A stretch of DNA of 64,000 bases from Nitrososphaeria archaeon (GTDB taxonomy: Archaea; Thermoproteota; Nitrososphaeria; JACIWG01). Both the position numbers and the translations under genes were made by a program. Numbering within the stretch: the stretch's first letter is position 1; every line of letters begins with the position of its first letter. The DNA is taken from positions 1-64,000 of the forward strand of contig JBEKIG010000008.1 in assembly GCA_050011875.1 (NCBI GenBank), given 5' to 3'. Positions 1 through 10,402 of the stretch are shown here, one piece after another. Below the pieces are notes generated by a model. That model saw only the letters and a program-made list of their open reading frames with translations, did not search any database and had not been told where the DNA came from.

Positions 1-112
1 GCTGCTGTATTGCAGGTGTGACCTTTAGGTCTTGGCCGCAGTAGGGACATATCGTCATGTAAGGCTGTAATTCTTTACCACAATGTGGGCATGTGGTTGT
101 TGTATTAGACAT
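1..112 (-). CDS. Zinc-ribbon domain protein, N-terminus only (runs off the window)
   Basis: Manual translation from ATG at 112: MSNTTTTCPHCGKELQPYMTICPYCGQDLK..., two CPxCG knuckles. Confidence 0.75.
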   Translation of the reverse strand, partial: MSNTTTTCPHCGKELQPYMTICPYCGQDLKVTPAIQQ

Positions 113-229
113 GCGGTTTATGCACGCGTAGCTAAACGATTTAAGCTTTTTCGTAATTAGATTCATTTAAGGCATTTTATGTCGTTGGATATACAAGCAC
201 ACCACTTTTACTTCCGTTAAAAAAAAACC

Positions 230-934
230 CTATTTTTCCATCGCCTTTGCCTTAAGATTTTTTGGCATCAGTTCTATAGCGTACCTTAGAGCGGTTCTTG
301 GCATCTTATCCCTCTTTTCTACTATATAATCAAATACGTCTTTTTGATGCGTTCTGCTTTCCTCCTTCAGTAGCCAGCCGTAGCCTTTCTGAACCATATC
401 GTCATCATCTTTCAACAGAATATCGCTTATTTCAAAAGCTTCTTTGAGGAATTCCCCTTTCTTTGCAGGAACGATGAGGGACACGGCAGAGGCTCTTTTC
501 AGCCACCTGTTGTCTGATTTAGCCCACCTTTTCAGTTCGTCTACCTTATCAGGATACTTTGCTATCAGATCCCCTACGGTGTGATTGCAGAGCCCGTCAC
601 ACTTCGCCCAGTTGTTAACATATTTTTTGACCCATCCTTCGAAGATTGTTAAATCTTCGGGCTCCAAAAAAGGTTTGAAATTCATCCCCCAGAAGCTGAC
701 GACGAACGCTTCTGTATAATCGGAGGAATAGAGCTCTTCGCATAACCTAAATATCTCCTCTTTATCCATGTCCTTGATTTCTTTCCAGTACTTTTTGGCA
801 ATCCTGCCAACGGTTCCCGTCTTTACTCCATAGTATTTTGCTTCTTCCCTGAAAAATCTCTGAAAACTACCTTTGGTTTTGGTGTCAACATTTTCCATGA
901 GCTCTTTTCTGATATTTTGTATAACGCTATTCAT
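230..934 (-). CDS. DNA alkylation repair protein (AlkD-like HEAT-repeat glycosylase)
   Basis: 234 aa; NNWAKCD, W-x-S-x-NRWLKR, DDMVQKGYGWLLKE, MPRTALRYAIE motifs typical of the AlkD family. Confidence 0.9.
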   Translation of the reverse strand: MNSVIQNIRKELMENVDTKTKGSFQRFFREEAKYYGVKTGTVGRIAKKYWKEIKDMDKEEIFRLCEELYSSDYTEAFVVSFWGMNFKPFLEPEDLTIFEGWVKKYVNNWAKCDGLCNHTVGDLIAKYPDKVDELKRWAKSDNRWLKRASAVSLIVPAKKGEFLKEAFEISDILLKDDDDMVQKGYGWLLKEESRTHQKDVFDYIVEKRDKMPRTALRYAIELMPKNLKAKAMEK

Positions 935-1172
935 TTTTTATTTTCCACTTCTTACCTAACTAGACACACCATCTATAAAATATCCCTTTCTTATTTTCCT
1001 TATAGATTTGGCCTCGGTCTTTAAATTTATGTAATTGTAAATGTGGAAGAGAACATCTTTTAATATTAAGATTACAGGTCAGTTGTACTAAGAAAGTTCC
1101 AATCATAGGAAGCTTTTCAAGGATAGCTCCACTGTGAAAAAGATCGCAGTAGATGACCTATTGCAAGAGTTT

Positions 1173-1508
1173 CTATTTTGATTGTTCCACAAGTCCCGAG
1201 AGGAATAGATTAATTCGCTGCTTGCCCGTTCTCCCAAAATCGAACATTGTTGAAATCGTCGTACCTGGTGTCTTGGCCGTAACCGATACTTTCGTCTTGT
1301 TTTCGTCTATGGATTTCACGTCAATTAAGAGGACTGTACTGTAGGACAGAAAACCTGATTCCGTCTTTGCTTTGATGTGATGCGCTTTGCCATCGATCTC
1401 TTCTATGTTCCACTTAAAGCTGGCAAGCACCTTTTGGATAGTCATCCAGACCTTTTCTAAAGGGCGACCTATTTCTACATCTTCCTTATCTTCCTTCAGG
1501 TAAGCCAT
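1173..1508 (-). CDS. Hypothetical protein
   Basis: 111-aa ORF with globular alpha/beta composition and an upstream TATA-like sequence. Confidence 0.65.
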   Translation of the reverse strand: MAYLKEDKEDVEIGRPLEKVWMTIQKVLASFKWNIEEIDGKAHHIKAKTESGFLSYSTVLLIDVKSIDENKTKVSVTAKTPGTTISTMFDFGRTGKQRINLFLSGLVEQSK

Positions 1509-1702
1509 ATACGTTCAGAATAAATCTTATCAGGTAGCTTATAACATATTCTCTAAAAATATTCTCAAGATACAGTTATGTAAGTTATATTCCTTAAATT
1601 TAAGTAAAATTTTAAATTCTAGCGCAGTGTTCTCTTAGTTGTCTTTTCTTGTTTTCGCGATGAAGCCTTGGGAAATCAAAAGAAAAAACGACGCAAATTC
1701 TA

Positions 1703-2428
1703 GTGATAACAATTGCTGTCATTGCTATTGCAATAATTCTGTCCGATACTTTGGAAGATACTTTGACCGGAGGAGTGCCATCTATAGGTCCACCTCTTAT
1801 TCAAATACTTGATGCTATAGTTATGTTTACGCGGAATGTTACTGCAGTTGTGTCATCTTGGAGTTATGTAGGTATCTTTCTGCTGATGGCGCTTGAGTCA
1901 AGCTCTTTGCCTATTCCCAGCGAAGTCGTACTTCCCTTCTCCGGCTACCTTGTCTCTCAAGGCCAGCTCAATTTGTTGCTAACAATCCTAGTTTCAACCA
2001 TCGGAGGCATAGCCGGCTCCTCCATTGATTATTATATTGGAATGAAGGGCATGAATCTCCTCTCCCAGCAGAAAGCTCTACGACACCTTCTAAGCCAAAG
2101 CAATTTGGAAATGGCTGATAAATGGTTCAAGAAGTTTGGCGCTTCTGCGGTATTCCTAAACCGTTTAATCCCAGGGTTCAGGACTGTGATATCCTTTCCG
2201 GCAGGAGCAGTGAAGATGTCCCTATCAAAATTTATAGTATATACAACTGCTGGATGCCTAGTATGGGACATTCTTCTAATATACCTTGGCGTATACGTTG
2301 GTGCTAACTGGCTGGAGATCGCAAGCATATGGCATTATTTAATCATAGGAGCCTTGATTGCGGTTCTAGGTGCATTTGTCTTGTTCTTGGTCAGGAGAAG
2401 AAGACGGATCCAAAGTGAAGCCAGTTAA
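1703..2428 (+). CDS. DedA family membrane protein
   Basis: LESSSLPIPSEVVLPFSG and RLIPGFRTVISFPAG motifs; the true start may be ATG 1660 if the A-run at 1683-1688 has one extra base. Confidence 0.9.
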   Translation: MITIAVIAIAIILSDTLEDTLTGGVPSIGPPLIQILDAIVMFTRNVTAVVSSWSYVGIFLLMALESSSLPIPSEVVLPFSGYLVSQGQLNLLLTILVSTIGGIAGSSIDYYIGMKGMNLLSQQKALRHLLSQSNLEMADKWFKKFGASAVFLNRLIPGFRTVISFPAGAVKMSLSKFIVYTTAGCLVWDILLIYLGVYVGANWLEIASIWHYLIIGALIAVLGAFVLFLVRRRRRIQSEAS

Positions 2429-2604
2429 TTAAAGAAAATTAGAGCATGGATGATAGACTAATCTTCATCTGGATCAGGCCTAGAAATTCAAGAGAGTTGG
2501 CTACAATACATCTCATAGCTTCTTGGAAATAGCATGTGAAATAAATAACCATTTTTGTGGGTTGTGCTAGCTTGGAAGATATTTTATTTCGATCCTTGAG
2601 ATCA

Positions 2605-3513
2605 CTAGGAAAGACCACTTCTACCATATGCCCTATCAATAGCTACCCTAAAATCTAGTAGAAATCTATCAAATGTTGTTCTTTGATAGTTAAGGATAGC
2701 TTGTCCTTTGGAAGTATCATACCAACTGAACCAGGTCGATTTTGTCGCAAACTTGACATCAGCCAAAGGTGCTTCCATTATCTCGCATACTTTGCTAATG
2801 TATTCTTTTCCCGTCATCTGCCATGTTTTTCCACCTGCTATATTAAATACACCCCATAAAGCTTCTTTCTTTTCAATACATGAAACAAATGCGATTACAA
2901 CATCTTCTCTACTTAGGAATTCTATTCTTTGGTCAGCTGAAAACTGTAGTACATCAGGAAATTCAAAGAAATCTGCTACAGATATGCCGGAAATTCTAAG
3001 AATTGCGTATCTTACCCCTGAGTTACGAATAATCTGCTCACATAAGATCTTGCTCTCGGAGTAGTTGTCCGTTTCTATAGTAGCGTGTTCTTCAGATATG
3101 AGCTTTCCATCATTTGACGGCATACCATAGACACATACAGATGAAGCAAAAACGAGTAATGGTCTTTTTGCCTCCAGTTTTAAGGCGTCCACAATATTCA
3201 TGGTACCACTACAATTTATTTTCATAGTTCTATCTCTGTTGAATTCAGAAGAGGGAGGAAGTATAGCCGCCAGATGCAATACAACATCAACTCCATTAAC
3301 TGCTTTTCTAACTTCGGAGTATTTCGTTATATCGCCTTTGAAGATTTCCGTTCTTTCCAGAGATTCAACTCTATAGAAGTCTACATTAGGTAAATCGAAG
3401 ATCCTGACTTCAAACCCCCTATTGGAAAATGTCTTTGCTAATTCTGATCCTAAAGCACCTGCGCCACCTGTAATCAAGATTTTCAAGGTGATGTCAGAAA
3501 ACACGATTTTCAT
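2605..3513 (-). CDS. NAD-dependent epimerase/dehydratase (extended SDR)
   Basis: ILITGGAGALG Rossmann motif, HLAA, SSxxVYG, YSESK (YxxxK); start taken at ATG 3513 (TTG 3486 also possible). Confidence 0.88.
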   Translation of the reverse strand: MKIVFSDITLKILITGGAGALGSELAKTFSNRGFEVRIFDLPNVDFYRVESLERTEIFKGDITKYSEVRKAVNGVDVVLHLAAILPPSSEFNRDRTMKINCSGTMNIVDALKLEAKRPLLVFASSVCVYGMPSNDGKLISEEHATIETDNYSESKILCEQIIRNSGVRYAILRISGISVADFFEFPDVLQFSADQRIEFLSREDVVIAFVSCIEKKEALWGVFNIAGGKTWQMTGKEYISKVCEIMEAPLADVKFATKSTWFSWYDTSKGQAILNYQRTTFDRFLLDFRVAIDRAYGRSGLS

Positions 3514-3580
3514 ACTATATTTAAATTTTTCTAAATATTTAAAAAAAGGCTTATATTTTTTCATTATCTACTATAAACGT

Positions 3581-3907
3581 ATGAGTGAAATAGTAAAAGA
3601 AAGCGTAGACAATTGCTCAAAGATTATTGAATTATTAGAACAAAGTGCAGAAAAAATCATACCAAACGAGTCAAAGGAAATCGTCTTAAAAACGATCGAC
3701 TTCCTCAAAGAAATGGAAAAGAAGGTTTGGATTAGAACGGTGAGAGGAAAGGAGGCATCCCTTCTTGTTAAGTCGAATACAGAGAAGCTGAAAGATATCA
3801 TTCAATGCGGAACTCCAATACAAATTATTGATCAAGCCAATAAATTAGAAGAAAGTATCTCCAAAATGCAAAGGGAATTTGAAAAGTCCAAATGGCTTGT
3901 AACCTAA
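3581..3907 (+). CDS. Hypothetical helical protein (108 aa)
   Basis: ATG 3581 follows an AT-rich divergent promoter region; the upstream part of the 161-aa ORF overlaps the epimerase gene and is probably not translated. Confidence 0.65.
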   Translation: MSEIVKESVDNCSKIIELLEQSAEKIIPNESKEIVLKTIDFLKEMEKKVWIRTVRGKEASLLVKSNTEKLKDIIQCGTPIQIIDQANKLEESISKMQREFEKSKWLVT

Positions 3908-3966
3908 TGCTATACCATTGTCAAGTTTAAATCTTGGTAAAAAAATACAAACGGATGTGATAGCAC

Positions 3967-5304
3967 ATGAGCGAAGAAGTTTATTTTATTGATGCAAAAG
4001 CAAATTCAGCCGCTAATACAAGTGTTCCAGCTAAGGCACAATGGCTTTTCGAAAAAGCTCATTTCGATCAAGTTTTTACGAAGGGTGATAACGTTGCCAT
4101 AAAAATTCATGTAGGTGAATGGTTCAACACGGGATACTTACGTCCTAACATCGTACGAGCTATAGTTGATAAAGTCAAAGAATACGGTGGTAGACCATTT
4201 GTGACCGACACAACGACTTTCCTTATTTCTCCTTTTTGGGGTAGAACCACAGCTCTTGACTGCCTTTACACTGCTGCCGCTAACGGTTTTACAGAATCAA
4301 CTCTGAAGTGCCCAGTTGTAATAGCTGATGGAGATGTGGGACTTAACGATGTGCATGTGGACCTTCCAGAAGGAATCCTTCTACAAGAGACCTTCGTTGC
4401 GAACGCCATTGCAAACGCAGACGCTGTAATCTGCTTAAGCCATTTTAAAGGACATGATATAGGAGTTTATGGCGGCTCTATAAAGAACGTTGGTGTCGGA
4501 TGTGTATCGAAGCGTGGAAAGATGATGTTACATCTGACTTCGCATCCCAAATATGGTATTGTGACTTGGCCTTCTGTTCCCGAATCATTAAAAGGAATAA
4601 ATCGTGACCAAGCTACTGCAATTGAAGGATGTTGTCCCGTGAATGCCTTGCATATCACACCTGAGGGCCTTGTATATGAAAAAGAGAAATGTATAGGTTG
4701 TGGATTTGTTCATGTTTCGGGAACATCAGATTTCGGTACATTTTCAATACCAGATGAATGGAGGAAATTGAGTGTAATTTGTATGGCGGATTCTGCTGCA
4801 GGAGTTATGAAGGTTGTGGGGAAGAAACAGATGGCTTTTATGAATTTCGCATATGATATAACGCCTTTTTGTGATTGTTGCCCTGGCAATGACAGGCCAA
4901 TTATGTCAAATCTAGGAGTTTTTGCCTCTAAGAGCATTACAGGAGTAGATTTAGCGTGCCTTGACATGTCAATGGAGACAGAAGGTTTAGCACAGTCTTT
5001 GGCTGAAGAAGAGGGTGCATTGGAAAAGGGCACAGAAAAATTTACATTAATACATCCATCTAAAGGAAGCCAATGGATTCAAGTTAATGCGGCTGCACAT
5101 TTGGGTTTGGGCACGAAGGACTATAAGCTGATCAAGATTGAACCAGGTCCTAAAGAGAAGTTCTGCTTTCCAGGTACTTCTTATCCAGACAGATCAGTAA
5201 GTTTTAGATTCAGAAAATACTATAAGCATAGTCCTATACCGCCAGGTGGCTTCAAATGGCGCGATATACCCAGTATATCGTCGGAAGAACTCTCTAAACG
5301 TTGA
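3967..5304 (+). CDS. DUF362 domain / Fe-S protein
   Basis: VAIKIHVGE, PFVTDT, SHFKGH, GGSIKNVGVG, ITPFCDC motifs; degenerate ferredoxin insert (CCP...CIGCG). Confidence 0.85.
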   Translation: MSEEVYFIDAKANSAANTSVPAKAQWLFEKAHFDQVFTKGDNVAIKIHVGEWFNTGYLRPNIVRAIVDKVKEYGGRPFVTDTTTFLISPFWGRTTALDCLYTAAANGFTESTLKCPVVIADGDVGLNDVHVDLPEGILLQETFVANAIANADAVICLSHFKGHDIGVYGGSIKNVGVGCVSKRGKMMLHLTSHPKYGIVTWPSVPESLKGINRDQATAIEGCCPVNALHITPEGLVYEKEKCIGCGFVHVSGTSDFGTFSIPDEWRKLSVICMADSAAGVMKVVGKKQMAFMNFAYDITPFCDCCPGNDRPIMSNLGVFASKSITGVDLACLDMSMETEGLAQSLAEEEGALEKGTEKFTLIHPSKGSQWIQVNAAAHLGLGTKDYKLIKIEPGPKEKFCFPGTSYPDRSVSFRFRKYYKHSPIPPGGFKWRDIPSISSEELSKR

Positions 5305-5404
5305 TTCATGCGCTTATGGTTTCTAACTCTTCCTTGACTTTCATTTTACTTTTTCAGCTCAACCTTCACTCTTTCGGTCCAGAGTTCTGCTTTGAAGATT
5401 TGAC

Positions 5405-5800
5405 CTAAGCTTTTGGGGATATAAAATGTAATGCGAAAAGATGACCACGATAGGCTACGGGAACAAGGATCATACGCGAATCGACTTTTTCTCCCGATTT
5501 CTTCTTCCATACAACTCTTATAGTTGAGCCAACCATCTTCGTCGTAGCTCTCTCATAAGTACTTGCCACAGTTTCCTGGCTCTTTTCATCCACCAAAGCT
5601 TCAAGAAAAGGCTTCTTAAGCGCGGTTATTTCTTCGAATGATTTATAACCTAAAAAAGACAGAAACTTCTTGTTAGGGACCCAGTGGTTGTCGTCAAGAT
5701 AGATGAAAACAGGCTGCTCTGACGATTCGAAGATAGTTTTCATTTCCTCGTAAAAGCCACTAACTAGTTTTTCATGATGCTCATATTCTCCGGTGCTCAT
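5405..5800 (-). CDS. Hypothetical PAS-like single-domain protein
   Basis: IFESSEQPVFIY...NKKFLSFLGY...WKKKSGEKV pattern resembles PAS domains; ATG 5800 preferred as start. Confidence 0.6.
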   Translation of the reverse strand: MSTGEYEHHEKLVSGFYEEMKTIFESSEQPVFIYLDDNHWVPNKKFLSFLGYKSFEEITALKKPFLEALVDEKSQETVASTYERATTKMVGSTIRVVWKKKSGEKVDSRMILVPVAYRGHLFALHFISPKA

Positions 5801-5937
5801 ATTTAATTCGACCAAGAGACTTTGGGGTTTTCTTGCCACATAAACCTTTCCCGAAGATGTTCGGATAATTTAGCAAGCACAAGCAGAGAACTGCAGGTTT
5901 CTATTCAAGACCAGACGTTGATGTACTTACACGCTTC

Positions 5938-6780
5938 CTATTTCTGACACATGGGGCAGAAATATACTTGGCCCCCTCCTAAACTTAACTTTCCTATAGA
6001 AGTCTTGCAGACTTTACAGGACTTTCCATTCATATTTGGACCCATAGCTGGCGTGTAATGTCCCTGCCTTTCATAGAGGTCGAGGAACTGGTCTTTTCCA
6101 CCTAATCGGACTCTCTCTTGAATTATGAGCCTTATCGCGTCGAATAAGGCGTGCTTCTCATCTTCGCCTAGATCGGATGCCTTCCGTTTCGGGTGGATTT
6201 TGGCCCGGTAGAGGAGATCTTGGAAAGCGCTGTTGCTCAAACCTACTATGACGGCGTCTTTGCCTAGGAGCATAGGTTTGATGTTTACATTTTTCTGGGC
6301 TAACTGCTCTGAGAAGTGCCTGAAGGTGAATTGTGTTTTGTCTAAGGGTGAGATCGCTTCAGAGAAGTCTCGTCTATAAACGTAACTCTGTTCTAGTTCA
6401 TCGTCCTTTAATACCTGGATCACGCCCATGCCAGTCAAGGTTACAGTCAACAACGTGTTATCGTTGAAATTGAGCTTCAAGTGAAATTTCTCTGGAATAG
6501 TACTTTCACTTATGTGATATATGATCCTACCACCGTACTCTGGCCCTAAAATCATGTTCACCCCGAGGTCAAACTTGACACGTATGACGTTGCCTCTTGG
6601 GGTGATCGATTCAATCCTCCTTTTTATAAGACGTTCAAAGGCTTCTATGTCCTTGTTTATGAAGCCTATTCTTTGCAGCTTCTGATAGTCCTTCAAGTGG
6701 AATACCTTGACCTGCTTCTGTAAGAGTTCTTTACGCATCTGTTCTGCAAGAATGTAGGCTTCGGGAAGTTCGATGCTCAT
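5938..6780 (-). CDS. Fpg/Nei-family DNA glycosylase-like protein
   Basis: N-terminal IELPE, H2TH-like GLSNSAFQDLLYRAKIHP, C-terminal zinc finger CKVC...FCPMCQ. Confidence 0.85.
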   Translation of the reverse strand: MSIELPEAYILAEQMRKELLQKQVKVFHLKDYQKLQRIGFINKDIEAFERLIKRRIESITPRGNVIRVKFDLGVNMILGPEYGGRIIYHISESTIPEKFHLKLNFNDNTLLTVTLTGMGVIQVLKDDELEQSYVYRRDFSEAISPLDKTQFTFRHFSEQLAQKNVNIKPMLLGKDAVIVGLSNSAFQDLLYRAKIHPKRKASDLGEDEKHALFDAIRLIIQERVRLGGKDQFLDLYERQGHYTPAMGPNMNGKSCKVCKTSIGKLSLGGGQVYFCPMCQK

Positions 6781-6885
6781 CAGTCAGCCACCATTCAAAT
6801 TAACCTATCAAGCAATACTTAAGACTTATTCTGCTTTACATCATATTATTTTTCCGGTATTTCAAAGTTTCAACAATATCAACAA

Positions 6886-7662
6886 TCATTCTTTTGGTTT
6901 AAATGCTACACATCTTACAGGGAAAGCCTCTAGGCCACCTAATAAGGGAGGCCAAGCGATTAAGAAGAATCTTTTCTTAGTTAATCTATCAAGATGTCCT
7001 ATTACTTCTATGATTGGTATGATTATCTTGCCACTTTTGTCGCCAATAAAAGTTTGATGAGCCTTCATATTTGCAAATCTCCCACTTACTGTTTGGGGCG
7101 TTTTCTTTGGATCGTTTATCCTGGGTCTATTTTCTAGGCCTGCCAGTGTAGTTCTATCAAATGCTATCATTTTTATAGGAAGAGAAGACATCCATTCTAC
7201 TGCTTCATCCGATAAGTAGGGTATCTTCTCCTCTTCTGTTGGATCTTTATCTGGATCGTGTCCGCTTAATCCTATTATGACAATATCGTCCCTCCTGACA
7301 CCTTCTTCTTTGAGAAACTCTACAGTGATCGGTGCACCATCAGGAAGCTTATTTGTTTTAATGAGAATACTTTCACCGTAAAACTTTTCCAGTGGAATGC
7401 TTGCCAAGTCCTTTCCTATTCCTGGCTTATTCTCGTTTGCATCGACAACATGTGCTGGCCCTTCGACATGTGAACTTATATGGGATTCCATTGTTACTTG
7501 ATGCATCCACTCTCCACCCGGTGCTGGAAACGAAAACTGACGAAGATGATATAATCTTGGCTTTTTTTGACCTGGCATACTAAAAGTCATTTCTCCAACA
7601 TATTCGGTTAAATCAACTAGTCTGTATTTATTATTCAATAACTTCGTTATTTCTAATGACAT
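6886..7662 (-). CDS. Cyclase family / kynurenine formamidase-like metal hydrolase
   Basis: HISSHVEGPAH (variant of HxGTHxDxPxH), IIE, and C-terminal GLEAFPVRCVA. Confidence 0.85.
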   Translation of the reverse strand: MSLEITKLLNNKYRLVDLTEYVGEMTFSMPGQKKPRLYHLRQFSFPAPGGEWMHQVTMESHISSHVEGPAHVVDANENKPGIGKDLASIPLEKFYGESILIKTNKLPDGAPITVEFLKEEGVRRDDIVIIGLSGHDPDKDPTEEEKIPYLSDEAVEWMSSLPIKMIAFDRTTLAGLENRPRINDPKKTPQTVSGRFANMKAHQTFIGDKSGKIIIPIIEVIGHLDRLTKKRFFLIAWPPLLGGLEAFPVRCVAFKPKE

Positions 7663-7743
7663 ATGTATTCATAGAATTTAAATATTATTGTTATTTAAAT
7701 ATTGTAGCTTTCTAATAATTCCTTTTTTTGGGACGATATAGGT

Positions 7744-8082
7744 TCATACGTTTCCTCCAACAACGATCAAACGTAGGTCGGTTTCTCCAATATTCTCTAG
7801 TCCATGTGAGCTTCCATTCTTCGTGAGCACAGCGTCACCAGGACCCACTTCGCTTGTTTCATCATTGACTCGCATAAGCCCCTTTCCCGAGATGATATAG
7901 TATATTTCCTCACTCCCTTGATGTTTATGAAAACCAATCGAAGCCCCTGGCCTTAATACCGTGTTATGCAAGAATATCTTAAGTTCAAGCCTATCCTGAA
8001 AAAACGACTTAAGCGTAGCTTTGCCTGAACCTTCATGTATAGATTCACGGAGAGTAAAAGACATATCATTTTCCTTAATCAT
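7744..8082 (-). CDS. Cupin domain protein
   Basis: HKHQGSEEIYYIISGKG and GSSHGLEN cupin motifs. Confidence 0.9.
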   Translation of the reverse strand: MIKENDMSFTLRESIHEGSGKATLKSFFQDRLELKIFLHNTVLRPGASIGFHKHQGSEEIYYIISGKGLMRVNDETSEVGPGDAVLTKNGSSHGLENIGETDLRLIVVGGNV

Positions 8083-8185
8083 CCTTATCTAACATCCAAA
8101 ATTAATCCAGGGCATATTAGTTTTTCGTAATAATTTGCATATATTAATAAGTTAGAAGTTAACACTGCAAAATTAGTGTATTGTT

Positions 8186-8335
8186 ATGGAGAAAAAATAT
8201 AGGGTATTATCAGAAGGAACTGCAGAAAAGATCGAAGAAGACTTAAACCAAGCGGCCTCAGAGGGATGGGAAATAGTAGAATTCGGGTACGGTGCTCAGC
8301 AGACTAAATTCTGGGCACTCGTAATCAAAAAGTGA
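8186..8335 (+). CDS. Small protein, DUF4177-like (49 aa)
   Basis: Manual translation MEKKYRVLSEGTAEKIEEDLNQAASEGWEIVEFG...; LN-x3-EGWE-hV pattern; below the ORF-track length cutoff. Confidence 0.6.
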   Translation: MEKKYRVLSEGTAEKIEEDLNQAASEGWEIVEFGYGAQQTKFWALVIKK

Positions 8336-8413
8336 AATCTAAACACTTAACGGTTCCAAATTAATGTGGTTAATGTTAAGAAGTTCATCTCTATAATTGT
8401 CGCTGGAAGTTTG

Positions 8414-8442
8414 AAAAAGGACAGGTTTTAGAGACAACCTGT
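8414..8442 (-). terminator. Hairpin plus T-tract downstream of AOR
   Basis: Minus strand ACAGGTT-gtctctaa-AACCTGT followed by CCTTTTT. Confidence 0.4.
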
Positions 8443-8537
8443 TACGTATTAAGTCGTAATATACACCTGCCTCTGGACAAAAGCACAGATGATGATACAA
8501 GCATAATCATTGAAAGACTATAGGAAAAGAGAAGGGT

Positions 8538-10385
8538 TTAAACACCTTCTTCTAGGGTGACGAGTTTCTCCAAAGTTGGAATTGTGAAGTCTAAGCCGAG
8601 TCTTCTCAGGGTATTCTTCGTCGGGATGCCGTGCTCGTCGCAACCCCTAGCCTTATACCAAGCCTGTTTGTCTTCTACGAACTTCTTCCTATCGTATATG
8701 GCCGCAGGCGTTCCTGCATTAGGTCCGAGGGTTAAAGGTTCCTCGAAGACTCTCTCAGGTAGGACATCATCTCTGTCTGGTCTAAGGCCTTCCCTGATGT
8801 TCCAAGCCCTTTCTAGGATGATTATCCTATTTGCTACGAGATCGAATTCACTCTGACTTGCAATGAGGTCCCAGCCCGTAGCTGCCTTCAAAGTCTTTGA
8901 AAGAGTTCCCAAGTCTATGACGGCTGTTCCGAAGGCTAAATGGTGGGTGCAGATTGTCAGGGAGTCGCTTATAGCAATCTTATCTTGCCCCTCGATGGTC
9001 GGTCCGTAGAGGTGGACTCCTCCATGGTCGGACATGACGTAGCAGAAGGTTTCCCTCTGGTCTCTATTATTTCCAACGCCTCCGACGCCCCATTCTACGC
9101 CTTTGCATTGCATAGCGAACTTCTCAGAGCCTTTACCGACCTTCTCAGAAGCGATTCTGATTCCTTCAGCTAGAAGGTCGCCTATACCTTCTCTGCGCAC
9201 TATCTTCTTAGTCATCTCGAACATCGCTGGAACATTTCCCCAAGTCAGATCGACTCCGCCTAAATCCTCCTTTGATAGGATTCCTTTCTCATAGCATTCC
9301 ATAGTCCATGAAAGCGTGTTTCCAAGGGAAATGGAGTCAAGACCCATAGCATCTAAGAAGGAACTTAAAGCGTAAACGCCGTTGGGATCAGTTATCATGC
9401 AGTTGGGGTGAAGCAGACATGTAGAATCATAGTCGGGAATGTCGAATGTTCCTGCCCAAGGTCCTTCCCTGATGATTCCTAACTGGTTACAGGGAGTTGG
9501 ACAGCCATAGCAGCTTCTATTCTTAACTCGACAGCGATTCTCAAACTGGAGGGGACCTCCCTTCTCAATGTCATCTCCCCAATAGGCTTCCCTCCAATTC
9601 TTCAAAGGACCAGTTGACGAGTCACTTGAGGAGATATTCGCCGTAGTGGATCCCCATCTCCGCCTAGTGTAGACAGTGCTAGGCTCTCTCAGAAGTTTGA
9701 TCGCGGCCTCCTCCATTGCCAGACAGGTCTCAGGATCATCCATAGGAATGTCTTGAGTGCCTCTCACAGCTATGGCCTTTAGCTTCTTCGAACCCATAAC
9801 TGTGCCTGCCCCGCATCGTGAGGCTGAGTAGAAGAACTCCTGATTCACACATGCGTATCTTACTAGGTTCTCTCATGCTGGACCTATCGAGAGAACGCGA
9901 GCGAAAGGATCGGTCTCCTCCTTAACTTTCACTTCTGTCTCAAAGATCGTTCTTCCCCATAGGTGCCTAGCACTTCTTAATTCCACATCATCGTCCTTTA
10001 TGTACAGGTACACTGGCTCAGAGGACTTGCCTTCAACAATTATACCGTCGTAGCCAGCGAACTTTAGTTCTGGACTGAAGTTCCCTCCGGTTGCAGTGTG
10101 ACCCATCAAGTTCAATCCTGTACTCGTCGAGGTGAGGGGCGACTTGAACCTGATTATTGTCCTGTTTCCACTTAGGATACCTGTCAAAGGACCGCCGAAG
10201 AGCATCAGTAAATTTTCTGGGCTCAAAGCTCCAGTTTCAGGCTTCAAGCGATCCCAAAGGAGCTTGTTCATGAGTCCACGACCACCAATAAACTTCCTAG
10301 CATCATCATGGTTCAGAGGAGTCTTCTTGATAGAACCCTTACTCAAGTTTACTTCCAGAATCTTTCCAGCATATCCACCAACCAT
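8538..10385 (-). pseudogene. AOR-family oxidoreductase interrupted by one in-frame TGA (9873-9875)
   Basis: ORFs 9873..10385 and 8538..9848 are in the same frame; read-through gives SIGPA*ENLVRYAC...GAGTVMGSKKLKAI, whereas the paralogues have GVAGENLV and GPAGENRC. Confidence 0.85.
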
Positions 10386-10402
10386 TCTTCATCATCCTCC
10401 TT

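Noticed and set aside
9873-9875. Selenocysteine codon in AOR
   Set aside because: The aligned residue in both paralogues is Gly, not Cys, and the only 3' hairpin (8421-8442) looks like a terminator rather than an archaeal SECIS
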